In this document: positions 28,885 through 42,249 of the stretch, in pieces
Layout of the letters: each line of letters starts with the position of its first letter
Numbering within the stretch: position 1 is the first letter of the stretch
Assembly (NCBI GenBank): GCA_964016885.1
Contig: OZ024741.1
Coordinates: forward strand, 322,152,001-322,216,000
Direction: 5' to 3'
From: Eledone cirrhosa
Lineage: Eukaryota
Length of the DNA: 64,000 bases
Translations under genes and position numbers: made by a program
The notes under the pieces: generated by a model
What the model was told of the DNA's origin: nothing
The model's database searches: none
What the model saw: the letters and a program-made list of their open reading frames with translations, nothing else

Positions 28885-29448
28885 GTGTCCATGGACCGAG
28901 TACCACGTCATGTCCTGGATGTACGTAGAATCACTGTGTCAACGGACTCCGATGAAGAGGAAACCCAAAGTGCTGCCCCAACACTGCGGAGATCGCAAAG
29001 AAGTCGTAAACCACCAACCTGGACAGTAGACTTTCACATGCAGAGGGACGAGGGGGAAATTGATCCTTGAGATCAGGGGGGCGTGTGGGTATGGTGTGGC
29101 GTGCGGTGGCCGGAGGCGGGGGAGTGCTCGACCGGAAGGGTGCTTGGCCGGAAGGATGCTCGACCGGAAGGGCTAGCAGAGGGCGCTCTCTAGTGGTACC
29201 TAGCAACGGTGTGAACGCCAGTTTGTGCAGTGCCTAGCAACGGTGTGAACGCCAGTTTGTGCAGCTCCCGGTGTTAAGCAGTTGGACGCAGGCGGACGAG
29301 GAGTAACCAGCAGTGGAGTTAGCGGCGCCTATGAAAAGCGATAAGTGAGATAGCTTTTTCTAAGCACAGCTAATAAAGAAATATATCTATCTATCTTTGA
29401 GGGTTGTTCTATCTACGGGGTATTAAACAACTCATTTGTGGCGTCACC
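28885..29448 (+). mobile_element. Gypsy-like LTR retrotransposon fragment: pol C-terminus, PPT, LTR (29084-29434), PBS-like sequence
   Basis: Peptide MDRVPRHVLDVRR...LRRSQRSRKPP; AGGGGGGCG then TGT...ATTAAA...CA, followed by TGGCGTCAC. Confidence 0.65.
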
Positions 29449-29575
29449 TGCTATTGGGGATTTCGATTGTTATATTTGTTTGTTTCATATTTTTACACGA
29501 TTGTATGTAAAATCCCCGGCATGTGTCTTTGTTTTGTCCCCTTTTCTTGTGCGCCCTTGTGGCTAATAAAGAAAT

Positions 29576-29667
<92 letters not shown>

Positions 29668-29670
<3 letters not shown>

Positions 29671-30207
29671 AGGTCGGTCTCAAGTGCTACTGGTAACATG
29701 TAACCCAGTACTACCTGCCTCATGGTCCGGTCGTCGGTGACTAAACCGGCAACACCACCAAGCTAGCTTGTTGAGGAGGGTGATATTTGGACACCCTGCG
29801 GGAAGAAATGTAAGACCCAGCAAAGGGCGGAGGAACTCAACAGAGTCAACGGCCATCCAAATAGTATTTTTTTTTTTTTTTTCACCTGGGAGTGAAAGGA
29901 CCCCAGTTGTTGTCACAACACATTTCTAAGAGAGGGAAACTCTGAAAAAACAAAAACCTGCGGCTTGGGAAGCATCCGATGATGTACACCAGTTCTCCTT
30001 TTCGGGTAGAGTTTTCGATGCTCAGAGAGTGGGATTGGTCGAGTGCAAGGCCTTTCCCCACTTACAAAAACCTTCAAAGCACAGGCATTGCTTGCTAAGG
30101 ATATGTTACAGGTCTGTGTGGCTATCCGTAGCCTAAAAGTGCATCAAACACCAAACTCTATAATCTGACAAGCGATTGCAATACTCTTAGCAGAGTTTAC
30201 AGCCATC

Positions 30208-30210
<3 letters not shown>
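29668..30210 (+). mobile_element. Non-autonomous retroposon-like repeat; diverged copy at about 20330-20914 (-)
   Basis: Shared 5' GTCAGGTC...GTGCTAxTGGTAACATGTAxCCCAGTAC...GACTAAACxGGCAAC between the two loci. Confidence 0.6.
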
Positions 30211-30276
<66 letters not shown>

Positions 30277-30278
<2 letters not shown>

Positions 30279-30373
30279 GGGTATACCTCAAAATGTATAC
30301 ACACTTTGATTACTTGTACAAGCAATATTTATTAGAATGCTGTTGAAATGTGTTTACATTTTTTGGGACACCC

Positions 30374-30375
<2 letters not shown>
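30277..30375. mobile_element. Tiny Tc1/mariner-type MITE
   Basis: Imperfect TIRs CAGGGTATACCTCAAAATGTATACACA / TGTGTTTACATTTTTTGGGACACCCTG. Confidence 0.7.
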
Positions 30376-30408
<33 letters not shown>

Positions 30409-31060
30409 TTAAAAAAAAGCCTTCGTGAGCCACTTTTTTATTGTCATAAAATTCTCTAAAAGGCTACAAAACAAATTCCGAAATACGGGCGCGAAATTTA
30501 ATATACTTGTTCACGTGACAACCATAATCTCATTTATAACCAATCAGATTACATTTTTTTGGAAAAAGCCTTCGTGAGCCCCTCTTTTTAAGTAAAAAGT
30601 AATTCAAACACTCATATATGAAAAAACAACCTGAGCACACACCCCCCTTGTTTGAAGACCTTTGTAATGCGAACTGGCGCGAAATTTGTTATACTTATTG
30701 ACCAACCAATCAAATTACTTCTCTAAAAACCTGGTATTTCGAGCCACTTTTTCCATATAAAACAAGTAACATTCTAAGACCAACCAGATGTGAGAAAAAC
30801 CACAGACCCTCCATCTCAACTCTACTTTTGAAAAGCAGAAGAACTGCGAAACCGGTAAAGGAACCAAATAAATATATATATATATTTTTTAAATAAGACT
30901 CCAGTTGCATTTTCGATTTCATCTTTTTTTCTTTATACTTTCACTCGTGTAGGACACCTCGGTTATTTTTCATTTTGTAAAAAAAACGTCACTTTCTAAT
31001 ATATATATATATCTAGTTATACTTTAGGAGGGTCATGTTACCAATAAATTCAGAAACGAA

Positions 31061-31091
<31 letters not shown>

Positions 31092-31384
31092 AACACACGT
31101 TACGGTATTATTATAGTACATACCTTCAACTTGTAACTCATTGTCTTGTATATACTGACGTACGTCTAGACACAGTAAGTTGCACGACGAAATTAACATA
31201 TGGTCACGTTTCGTAACAATCAAGTGTCACTCTTCTAGATCTCGTGTGCACGCGACTTCTGTACGAACTGGGATTTTCTGTCGACCTATTACGAAAACCC
31301 AAATATTTGCTTTTTATCCACGCTGTACCAAGTAAACATTGTGTGTGTGTATATATATATATATATATACACACACAAAATATC

Positions 31385-32030
31385 TGGTAGAGAATGTTGA
31401 GAAACCAGAGGGGATCACTAATGTAGGCGGGAAGCCGCTAGAATTGGTTGAGGACTTCCTGTATTTGGGAGCAAAGATTGGGAATACGGAAGATGATGTG
31501 GTTGAGAGGACGAACAAAGCCTGGGCGGCGTGCCACAGCTTGAGATCGGTGTGGAAGTCGGACCTTCGTGAAAACCTGAAGATCCGCCTCTTCATTGCTG
31601 TAGTGGAGTCTGTGCTGCTGTACGGGTCTGAGACTTGGACACTGACCGAGAAACTCACTCAGATGGTGGATGGGTGCTACACGAGAATGCTGAGGATGGC
31701 TCTGAACATTAATCAGTATACACTGAGGATGAAAAACTCAGAGCTGTATGGGAGCCTCCCAAAAGTCAGCTAAAAAATGACACAGAGGAGACTGAGGTTA
31801 GCTGGACATGCTCACCGACATCTAGAGTTGACATTGCACTCAGTGCTCCTGTGGAAGCCCCTACATGGACACACTGGAAGAGGAAGACCAAGGTTAACGT
31901 ATGTTGATGCCCTAAGGACAGACACGGGTCTGTTGGAGACGCAGGACATGGCAGCGATAATGAGGGACAGAGACCGCTGGAGAGAACTCGTCCATGGATC
32001 TCGGGAATTTTACCCGCCCTAGAATAGAAT
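31385..32030 (+). mobile_element. RTE LINE 3' fragment (different family) nested in an inverted-repeat element
   Basis: LELVEDFLYLG...VESVLLYGSETWTLT...RRLRLAGHAHRH...GRGRP with one stop. Confidence 0.9.
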
Positions 32031-32414
32031 ATATATAGAATATGTACTTGGCGCAGCGTGTATAAAAAGCAAACATTTTAATTCATTAGTAAAATATTTC
32101 ATTAATATTAAATATGTGACTAAAGAAGAGATCTTCATTTAGCTGGGTTTTCGTAATAGGTCGACAGAAAATCCCGGTTCATATATATATATATAAAATT
32201 TATAACTTTATAGCCTAACTCGACATTATAGTGTGGCTGAAAGCGACCCTCTTCACCATACATTCGTTTACATCCTCTACTTGATTTCTAACTTTCAACT
32301 GAGGCTATACTCGACTGGTAATTGCTATGTAATATATTTTACGCCCCCCCCCCCCCACATATATATATTACGCAATAATGTATTATTAATATATTTAACT
32401 CGGGGCCATTTTCA

Positions 32415-32990
32415 CGTGTGATAGAAAGCATAAGGCTGAATTAAGTGCAAGAATTGCAGGAGCTGGTGCAGTAATGCGCTGGTTTCAGCTCCCAGTGATC
32501 AGAAGAAAGGAGGTACGTGTAAAAGTCAAACTCGCTAGCTTCAATTCGGTATTAGTGCAAACGTTTAACTGAAAGACTAGATCGCGAATACAAGCAGCCA
32601 AAAAGGGGTTCCTCCGAAGGATCTTTAGAGTAACGTTACTCGATAAACTGCGTAGCTTAGAGATCAGAGGTTCGCTCTAGGTAAAGACGCTACATCTCCG
32701 AATTGAGAGATCACAGCTCCGATACTATGTGCATGTGGTTAGAATGTCTCAGGAACGAATCGCTCGACAGATTTTACGTGCAAAACCAACAGGTAGGAGG
32801 CCCAAGGGTAGACTCCGAACAAGGTGGCTGGATAACATCCATGAGTTTGGCTGGTCACGCTTGGGGATCCATCCGGGTCAGTTGGAGACGGTTGCTTCTG
32901 ACAGGAATCGCTGGAGGGAGTGTTTGAGGACTCTGCCCCAACGACCCTCTCAGGAATAAGTGAGCGAAGAAAAAAAGATGATGAAGAAGA
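32415..32990 (+). mobile_element. Degenerate RTE LINE 3' fragment; related remnant at 37620-37830 (-)
   Basis: HVVRMSQERIARQILRAKPTGRRPKGRLRTRWLD. Confidence 0.8.
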
Positions 32991-33789
32991 ACTCCGACAT
33001 GTACTACCCATGCGACACCACATCAAAATTGGTAAAATACATATGACGTTGAGTGCTTTTCTTCATTACACTAGGTTTAGATGATAGGAGCGTCACAATC
33101 ACAACTCCAGTTACCAATTAGGAAACCCTATATAACACAATCGTAAATTCATGTCCAGCCGCTTGCATGTTAATTTCATGATGATCGAATCAACTGGAAC
33201 GCTCCTCGTCGAAACCGACAGAGGCTCAATACCACAACAGTACGCCATGTGTAATTATATATATATTTTTATTTATCGTCTGCAAAAAAGTCGGAGCGAA
33301 TGAAAGGGAAGAAACACAATATGGATGAAGTAGGTAGCAAGTAAAATATGGATGCACAGTTTAACTAAGATGTGCAAAGGAAATAACTTAAAGACGTAAA
33401 AAATAAAAAAAATAATAAAAAATAGGTGTTTTTATTTCCTGTAGAAGATCAAAAGAATTATTTGTGAGTGAGAAGACAAGAACAGCAATTATTAATTAAA
33501 TATTTAGAAGTGTGTCTGAAGGAATTTAATAGTTTAGATCTTTCATTTAATGAATGGGAATTTCGTAATTTTTTCACCCCAACATAGTTTACAACGCGAG
33601 CTTGAAAGATAAGACCTGTGTTGGTAGAACACCATATATCTAAAACGCAAAATTTTGTTTTAACCGCAGTCAGGGTGGATTGTTCTAAAAATTAAAAGTA
33701 CTTGAACTAACACATCGTGAATCGAAAATAGTTCCTTTAAATTAGATGTTTGATTAAGTGTATATCCTAGAAAAAGCGCCCCTCCCCAG

Positions 33790-34110
33790 TATATGTTTTA
33801 AATGTATGTTGGACCTCCATTGGTTTCTACGATTGATGTTCCAGTTATTTGATCAACGGAATAGTTTTCTTGTGGAATTGATGTTTGAGCATTCCACAGG
33901 CATGTGTACCCTTCCCATAACAAAATTCCCAGAGAGATTCTGCGTAGCACAGATTGAGACAAAACTGGCACTCTCAATAGGTAATGCCAATTTTTTTCCA
34001 ACTGAGTGTAATAGAGCAACGTATAATAAAGTATTTCACCCAAGGACACAACACACCGCCCGGTCCAGGAATCGACCTCACGACAATATTATCTTGAGCT
34101 GAATATTCCA
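33790..34110 (-). mobile_element. CORE-type SINE (old)
   Basis: Minus strand GGTCGATTCCTGGACCGGGCGGTGTGTTGTGTCCTTGGGTGAAATACTTTA (B box plus CORE-like motif). Confidence 0.65.
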
Positions 34111-35419
34111 ACTATTGTTGGGATATTAGCGCAATAACCCAATGGTTTCGAAAAGTAATTAGCGTTTAGCGGAGAGTTGTTTTAAACAATGGAATTACAC
34201 ATTGAAAGAAATAATGTATTACTGCGGTGGCTGAAGAGCCTTTTTCCATTGAAGTTTCTGATTGAGAAAGTAAAATTATTTTCACCACAAGCAGTTAAGT
34301 AACTTTGCTTCCGCTAAAGATATTGTTATATCTGGCCTGGTGGGAAATGAAAAGAAATTAAATTTAGAAATTCTTTGACGATAATTGTCTTCACATTTAA
34401 ACTGGTCTATTCTTGTGCTTTGAAGGATTAAGGCGGGCATTATATTGGATTTTATCTGAAAGTCACTTTTACATAAAACCTGATTATAATACTGAGAAGC
34501 GCTAAAATGTATCTTCAACAAGCTTGGTGAAGAGATACGCTTTCTAATGCTAGGAGCTAAATTTCGAAGAATTATGGGTGAATGATTGGAATTCGTATTG
34601 ATACAAAATAATTTTTCGTTGGGTTTTCGGTAAGAGCAGACCTTATTTGTGCCTAAGCTTAACTCAATTTCTAAAAAACGTTACTAAGATTGGTATTAAC
34701 TGTGATTTTTAAAAACACGCTACTAAATGGCTTTATTAGGCCTTTCCTTAACATAATTCATGGTCATTCATATCGCACTTAATTAAGAGGAAGTCTTCTC
34801 TATAAAGGCTACCGTTCAAGGCCGGACATTTATTGTGCCAACGGATCCAAACGCAATCTTGAAGGATAAGAATTATGTTGGTATAGCACCGCATATGTAA
34901 AATGCATACATTTATTAATGTCTCATAGTTCAGCAGCATCGTGTGCTCCCATGGAAATATCAAACAATGAAACTTCTTTTTTCACTCTGGTTGAACTGTA
35001 AAAAATAAACAAACAAATAAACAAATATATAAATAAACAATTAATAAAAGGGGTATTTTTGTGTGCATAGTTAAGTGGAGAACTGGCTACTGGAGGTGTG
35101 AACCTCGCGAGCTGGAATAGCTCTTTCAGCGCGTCTCCCACATCATCCACCGGGGAAACGCTTTCTCCATTCCGTTCGCGGGGCCGCGGGGCGGCCAGCG
35201 CGAGGGGCCTCATTTGCTCATAATAGTGAAAGATGGGGAGAGCACAAGAGACGGAGGCAGTGACAGAGGGAGTTTGGTTCTTTTGTATTCGGACCTTGCG
35301 TATGTTTCACGGACACACACTCATGTATGTGGCCCTAAACAAAATAGCAAATTTTGAAAAAAATAGTAAATTTTGATATCAGATGATTCTCTGACAAATA
35401 CGATGGTGTTGGTAGATGC

Positions 35420-35637
35420 GGCATACGTCAAAACGGCCGGCCGCAAAAGTGAAACTAATTTTTGACAGTTACGTACGTCATTATTTTAATTTTGGATTGT
35501 GAAATGGTTTGTTTTTTATGCCTATATATATATATATATGCATACATACATACATATATGTATACATATGCGTATATATATACATACACACATATATATG
35601 TATATACACACACACAATATATATGTATGTATATACA

Positions 35638-35704
<67 letters not shown>

Positions 35705-35890
35705 CTGTTGGCTTCACGCTCACAATTATTTCTATACTTTCATTTATATATATATATATATATATAAAAAACAAAACAATTTCATATATATATAAAAACA
35801 AACAATTTCACAATCCAAATTGAAAGTAATGACGTACGTAACTGTCAAAAATTAGTTTCACTTTTGCGACCGGCCGTTTTGACGTATGCC
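35420..35890. mobile_element. MITE with about 100-bp TIRs and a 9-bp TSD (Merlin or MULE type)
   Basis: GGCATACGTCAAAACGGCCGG... / ...CCGGCCGTTTTGACGTATGCC flanked on both sides by GGTAGATGC (35411-35419, 35891-35899). Confidence 0.85.
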
Positions 35891-36239
35891 GGTAGATGCT
35901 ATATCCTTGAAGTGAAAGGATTCAAACCAACAACCTCGAATGATACAAATCTGGTGTTGTTTATCGCTAATGCTATTAAGCTATTCTATTACTGACATAC
36001 TAGTGTCACATAAGAGATATATCATTTTTATTTTATATAAAATTTAGTCAAGGATTGGTTTCCTAAGTATTCCTAATTTCATTTTTCGGCATTGGTTATC
36101 GTGTATTTAGGGTGTACTCGAAAAATTAGGATTGCCGTCTTTAAGAGTAATAAATTGTGAGCGAGGAACTAAATACTCTATTCTATTGTGTGTATTAAGC
36201 TCGGTAGTCAGACATAAACACAGACAAATAGACAAACAG

Positions 36240-36278
<39 letters not shown>

Positions 36279-36543
36279 AGTGGTGAGGTAGCTGTGCGCC
36301 ATCAACCACGTCCCTGAGTTGCGAACAGGTGCAATCCATCAGTATGATGGTAAGCTGCGAAATAAGTAGTCGAGGACAGCTCCGCGGCTGCTTCCTCGGA
36401 TGCTGGTTCTTCGGATATTCCTGAAGTATGGAAGCTTCTCGTCTATAAAATGGTTCTAATAACCGACGAGGAGTTCGTGTCAGGGCAAATCAAGGCCGCC
36501 CGAAAAGCCCTTACTCCCCATCCATGGGTTAAAGTGTAATACT

Positions 36544-36690
<147 letters not shown>

Positions 36691-39215
36691 TGTGTAAGGT
36701 GAATTAGCAGAGTCGTTAGAACGTACGATAGAATATGTTCCGGTATTCGTTCTCATCGAGGTCAAATTTGCTTTCTATCCTTTCGCTGCCGATCAAGTAC
36801 CAGTCATGTACTAGGGTCGATTCTTCCTCCATCTTTCTTTCTTTGTAAGAAATCGGCAATATTTAGGTCTAGAGAGGGGTGGGCTCTGCCAAGTTTAAAA
36901 ATCACGACGATTTTAACAGCAGTTTAGGACCGATGATGGTGGGACCAATACGTATATTTAATGTTGTTGTTGGTGCCAAGGATTTTGTAAAAATGCTGAT
37001 AATGGTGGATTCTCTTTTGTCTATGTCTAAAGATTTTCGGTCATATCAGGCATTGCATCTGTTTTTTAATATTATTTTCTTAATTACACAAAGCTTTTAA
37101 TTCGCATTTAAAGAGTTTTAAAAGCTGTTGTAGACGTTTCTGAATCTAACTTTTTTCTCCAGACTGAAGAGATCTGTTTCAATTGGCTCAAGATATTGTT
37201 TGGCTGGCGAATTGTTTCTTGGTTTAAATCTAAATTCATTATCTGTGTAGTTCCGAAGTGTGCAATTATCGAAAACATAAGCAAGCTATCTCTTTTTTTC
37301 TCATAAAGTCTTCCGTTTTCAAAATGAAACATTTCAGCCAATATCTTTAAGATGCCATGGCGATTTATTTGGTGGAATCTGCTATCGTAAAATGCGTAAC
37401 CATAAAGAGAGCGATAGATATATGTAAACAGTTGAATGTTAACAGGAAGGATAAAATGGAGTATTCAATACTGAATGTAGAGTACTATGTTTTATTAGAT
37501 GCTGACTCTTCCCAAATATTTCCTCCAAGTTTCCTGTTTTCAATCATCAGACGGTAATGTAATATGGAACACGAAACAGATGTTTAACATATATCATCTT
37601 CACCCACTTATTCATTGAAGTGTCCTGAGGGCAGAATCCTCGGACTCGCCTTCCAGAGGATCCTATCAGAAGCAACCGTCTCCAATTGATCTGGCTTGAT
37701 CTCCAAACGAGACCAAGCGGGTTCATGGGTGTTATCCAACTTGCTCCTGGTCTACCTCTGGGTCTCCTGCCTGTTGGTTATGCTTGTAAAATCTGTCCAG
37801 CGAATCTTTCCTTAAACATTCTTACCACATGGTATCGGAGACAGACCTGCCAACCTCTAAAAATGCAAACGGGAGTACCATGAAAAAAGTACTCCAAAAC
37901 GAGGAGAAATGAGGCAAAATGGGGAGATTTTACATAATGAAAGCTATACCCATTTTCACAAGAGAAATCTGTCACCCACCCCAAAGGCTATTGCAAATCT
38001 CCCCGTCGGACGGGGAGAGTTGACAGGTTTGCGGAGATATAATATCTGAGCTACGCACTCTATCGAGTAGCGTTACACCAAAGACATGTGTGCGTGTGCG
38101 TGTGTGTTAAGGTGGTGAATTATTGCACACACGTTAGCGCGTCAGATAAAATGCCCGAGTTCATCTTTTTAAGATCGATGAATAAAATATCAGCCCAAAA
38201 CGTTGGATTGACCGAATATTCTCTTACCAGGCCACGTGAAACTGTTCTTCGTTCTACAACACTAAACTGTTATTTTATAAAAGAAACTTCTACCATAATT
38301 TTATGTTAGAACCTTTGATAATGAAAAACTTTAGTTATTGTTATTAAATCCCTTCAAATTCTTGATTATATTCAAAATTATTTGAAAATCATAGACAGTG
38401 TCTATCAGGAATTATAGGGTCGATAAAATAAAGTACCAGTCATGCACGGGGTCGATTTAATCGACTTTCTCCTCCACAAAAAATGCTGGCCTTGTATCTA
38501 AAGTAGACAATTATAATTTTATGTAAGAATCTTTATGTTCCAAATATTAGCTTAATAATGAGAAAACTAATTGTATTATTAAAACTTTCCAAACACTTGA
38601 ATATTTTCAATTATTTAAAAATGATCGGCAGTGTCTTTCATTAGATATGTGGTAACGAAGTGGTTAAGGCATTTGAAGTAGATTCGAAGTAGATTTGACT
38701 GCTGTTTCTTGTTAGCAGTGTGACCATCTAGAGGCAGTGTCGTTGGCTCGGATTTCATGTAGTTGTATAAACACTTGCACGTAGTGTTGGCGGGATTGGG
38801 GGCGGAAAACGAAAGAAAGAAAGAAGTATATGTGGAATTATTCCAATAATACAGCAGTTTTCTAAGTTGGCAGAGGTGGTGGGTGGTGGGGTGGTGGTAG
38901 TGGTGGTGGTGGTGAAGTTAATGGTGGTGGTGGTGGTGGTGGTGATGATGATGCTGACAACAGGGGAAATTATTACATTCCACAATCTTTAACATATGTT
39001 GTAATTATAACATGATACAATTTATATATAAAGTACGTAATATTTCATTGTTCTAACTGATATATGTTATATGTGTTTTGTACAAGATATCTAAATATCT
39101 GTACCCATAATAATATCTCATAAGTCCACTCTGTTCGAAAATGTTAGCGCCTTTACATTGATGGGTTATTGGTCAGCAAGTCGATATATTTTTATTGAAT
39201 ATACCGATATTTTCA

Positions 39216-39283
<68 letters not shown>

Positions 39284-41024
39284 CTGAACTGGCGCTTTGA
39301 CAATAGCTCAGGCTACCGGGAGAATCTGTCCCCACAGGTCAAAGGGTGAGGGTATATATAAACTTTGTTTGTAAATAATATTATTCTTTCTTTCCCATTT
39401 CAATAACATGTTCAACATCACCTTATTTTATCTTCTACATTTTGTACCAATACAAATTCCTTTTTTTTTTCTCTCCCACTCACATAATTTGATAATGCAT
39501 AAAATGCTGAAACCGGTAATTGATAATTATTAAATAAATAAATTAATAAATAAATAAATCAATGCTATTGTTAATTAATAAATAAATAAATTAATACCTT
39601 AACACTTCACACAAAGTAAAATATTTTGTTTTAAACACTTTATAACCCAGAAAAAAGAGTAAAAAATAAGGAAAAAAATTTCTTTTTCTTCCTAATAATC
39701 CTTTTTATCTCCTTATATATATACACACACACATATATATATATATATATACGTATATATTCATATACTTAATTTATTATTACACCTATCGATAGATTAT
39801 AAAACTCCTTTATATGAATGCTTGAAACTCCTTTAAGGAAAGTTTTTTCTTGAAAAACTTACCGAAGGGTCTAAGAAAATCTTTTGAAAATTCCTTTGAA
39901 AAATATAGAAAAACTATATTTTTATATTATATTTTCAAACGTTTTTAATATATATATCCAAATGTTTATATATATGTGAAAAACATGATTTTTTATATAT
40001 ATATGTGGTGTAACCTATGCTTTAAATATATTCTTAAGAAGATTTTTTGAAAATGTTTTAACTTTATAGCAAGTAAATTTTGTGACTTCGTATAAAATAA
40101 CATAAGGTTCATGTTCTAATTATATTCTTAAGATTGAAAATTTAACTTCTTAACTTTATAGCATTTAATCCTTAGAGTCATCTGAGTTCTTAAAAAATCA
40201 CTTATAACTTCCTTTACGCTCCCTTACTGTTTTTATAATATAACTAAGTGGTTATTCTTTTGTAAACTCTTGAAAGTTTTCCATAAATTTAGAATTATTT
40301 GGATGTTTAAATTTTTGACTTACAACTTTTAATAAAATAAACTATACTAGATTTGCTCTAATGTAAAATAATATATATTTTTTAATAATTTATAATCCTT
40401 AACATACACATTTAAACTAATTATTAATTTATTAAATTAAATCTTTAATCTAATTTTTCAACCTATCATTATAAATATTATAATCAAAACATAACGAATC
40501 CTTCATTATAAATATTATTCCTCCACGCTATTCTTTTCTTCATTTATCCTCTCACGTAAATATACTTACGCTCTATTTGTCCTTTAAAACTAATATCTTC
40601 TCTCACTTAAAAATATAATTACACTCTTCTCTTCACAATATTTTCACTGTCAAAAAAATATATGTAATCGTTCCTTCTTTTTTTCTTTCTTTCTTTCTTT
40701 TTTTCTCTCTCCATCCCATATCACCTTCTTACAACAGTTTAATTTAAATAAACCGTTATCTTTTCAATCTTTCGGACACTCATTTGCATACTCAATCATA
40801 ATTTTCTATCACCCTCAATAAATGTAATATCTCCACTATCCAGGAAGCTCCAACCGTTAAGGTTGTCTTTTTTCAGGGTATGTCAATATTTATTTATAAA
40901 ACAAATCTGCATTGTATTTTATCTGATGAAAGCGCACCATAATTTGCCTTGGTGGCCCTTGAAATATGCATAATAAAATAAATATGGTTTTATAAATATA
41001 GTTTCCATTTGTTAATATATTGTA

Positions 41025-41907
41025 AAAACGGAAAAAATGAAACAAAATTTCATTTCCCACTCTTAGTACGGCTGTTACTTAAATATAAGTATGTACACGT
41101 ACATACATATATGTATACAGACGTACAGTAGTATGTATATATATATACATACATACATGCACACATATATACATGTACGTATGGATTCACCGAACATTTA
41201 TTATAATGCTCGGTGTGTTTGTAAACAAACATCCCGTGTTAAGCCGTAGTGTCCAGCAACCATCGTTGCTCGTTTGTTCAACACTGACAAAGGAACGCTG
41301 TACTAGTTTCAAGCTTATTAGCTATCGTCAGCAACGTATACCTTCCTGCCAGATTGTTGAACGTATATACTTACCTTATGCATATTAACGGCTGAGTAGC
41401 CCAATTTGCATATCGAGTGGGTTAATCGACCGGTTGCACCGAAAACAATAAACGAAAAAAATGAAGCAAAATTTCATTTCCCACTCTTAGTACGGCTGTT
41501 ACTTAAATATAAGTATGTACACGTACATAAATATATGTATACAGACGTTTATCGTTTTCGGTGCACCCGGCCGATTAACCCACTCGATATGCAAATTGGG
41601 CTACTCAGCCGTTAATATGCATAAGGTAAGTATATACGTTCAACAATCTGGCAGGAAGGTATGCGTTGCTGATGATAGCTAATAAGCTTGAAACTAGTAC
41701 AGCGTTCCTTTGTCAGTGTTGAACAAACGAGCAACGATGGTTGCTGGACACTACGGCTTAATACGGGATGTTTGTTTACAAACACACCGAGCATTATAAT
41801 AAATGTTCGGTAAATCCATACGTACATGTATATATGTGTGCATGTATGTATATATATATACATACTACTGTACGTCTGTATACATATATCTATGTACGTG
41901 TACATAC
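41025..41907. mobile_element. Fold-back non-coding element with two opposed hammerheads and a 12-bp TSD
   Basis: HHR 41296-41336 (-) and 41664-41704 (+); TAATATATTGTA at 41013-41024 and 41908-41919; same family as 25660-26343. Confidence 0.85.
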
Positions 41908-42004
41908 TAATATATTGTATATTTACTCCACTAAACTGTTGAGTGCTTTATATCAGTTATAAAAATGTTTAAGCTTGTTGAATCCCAACAAATTAAATAT
42001 AACC

Positions 42005-42087
<83 letters not shown>

Positions 42088-42152
42088 ACATACACACACA
42101 CACATATATATACATATACACACACACATATACACGCACATACGTACACACG

Positions 42153-42249
<97 letters not shown>

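Noticed and set aside
29121-29264. Short tandem repeats resembling a CRISPR-like array
   Set aside because: Two or three copies with no unique spacers, inside an LTR in eukaryotic DNA.
29668-29760. Possible HDV-like ribozyme at the 5' end of the retroposon-like repeat
   Set aside because: Could not assign P1 and P1.1 pairings by eye; needs a descriptor search.
39780-40500. Possible decayed PLE coding sequence upstream of the hammerhead repeat
   Set aside because: Only a weak Cys-containing fragment; no convincing RT or GIY-YIG motif in very AT-rich sequence.
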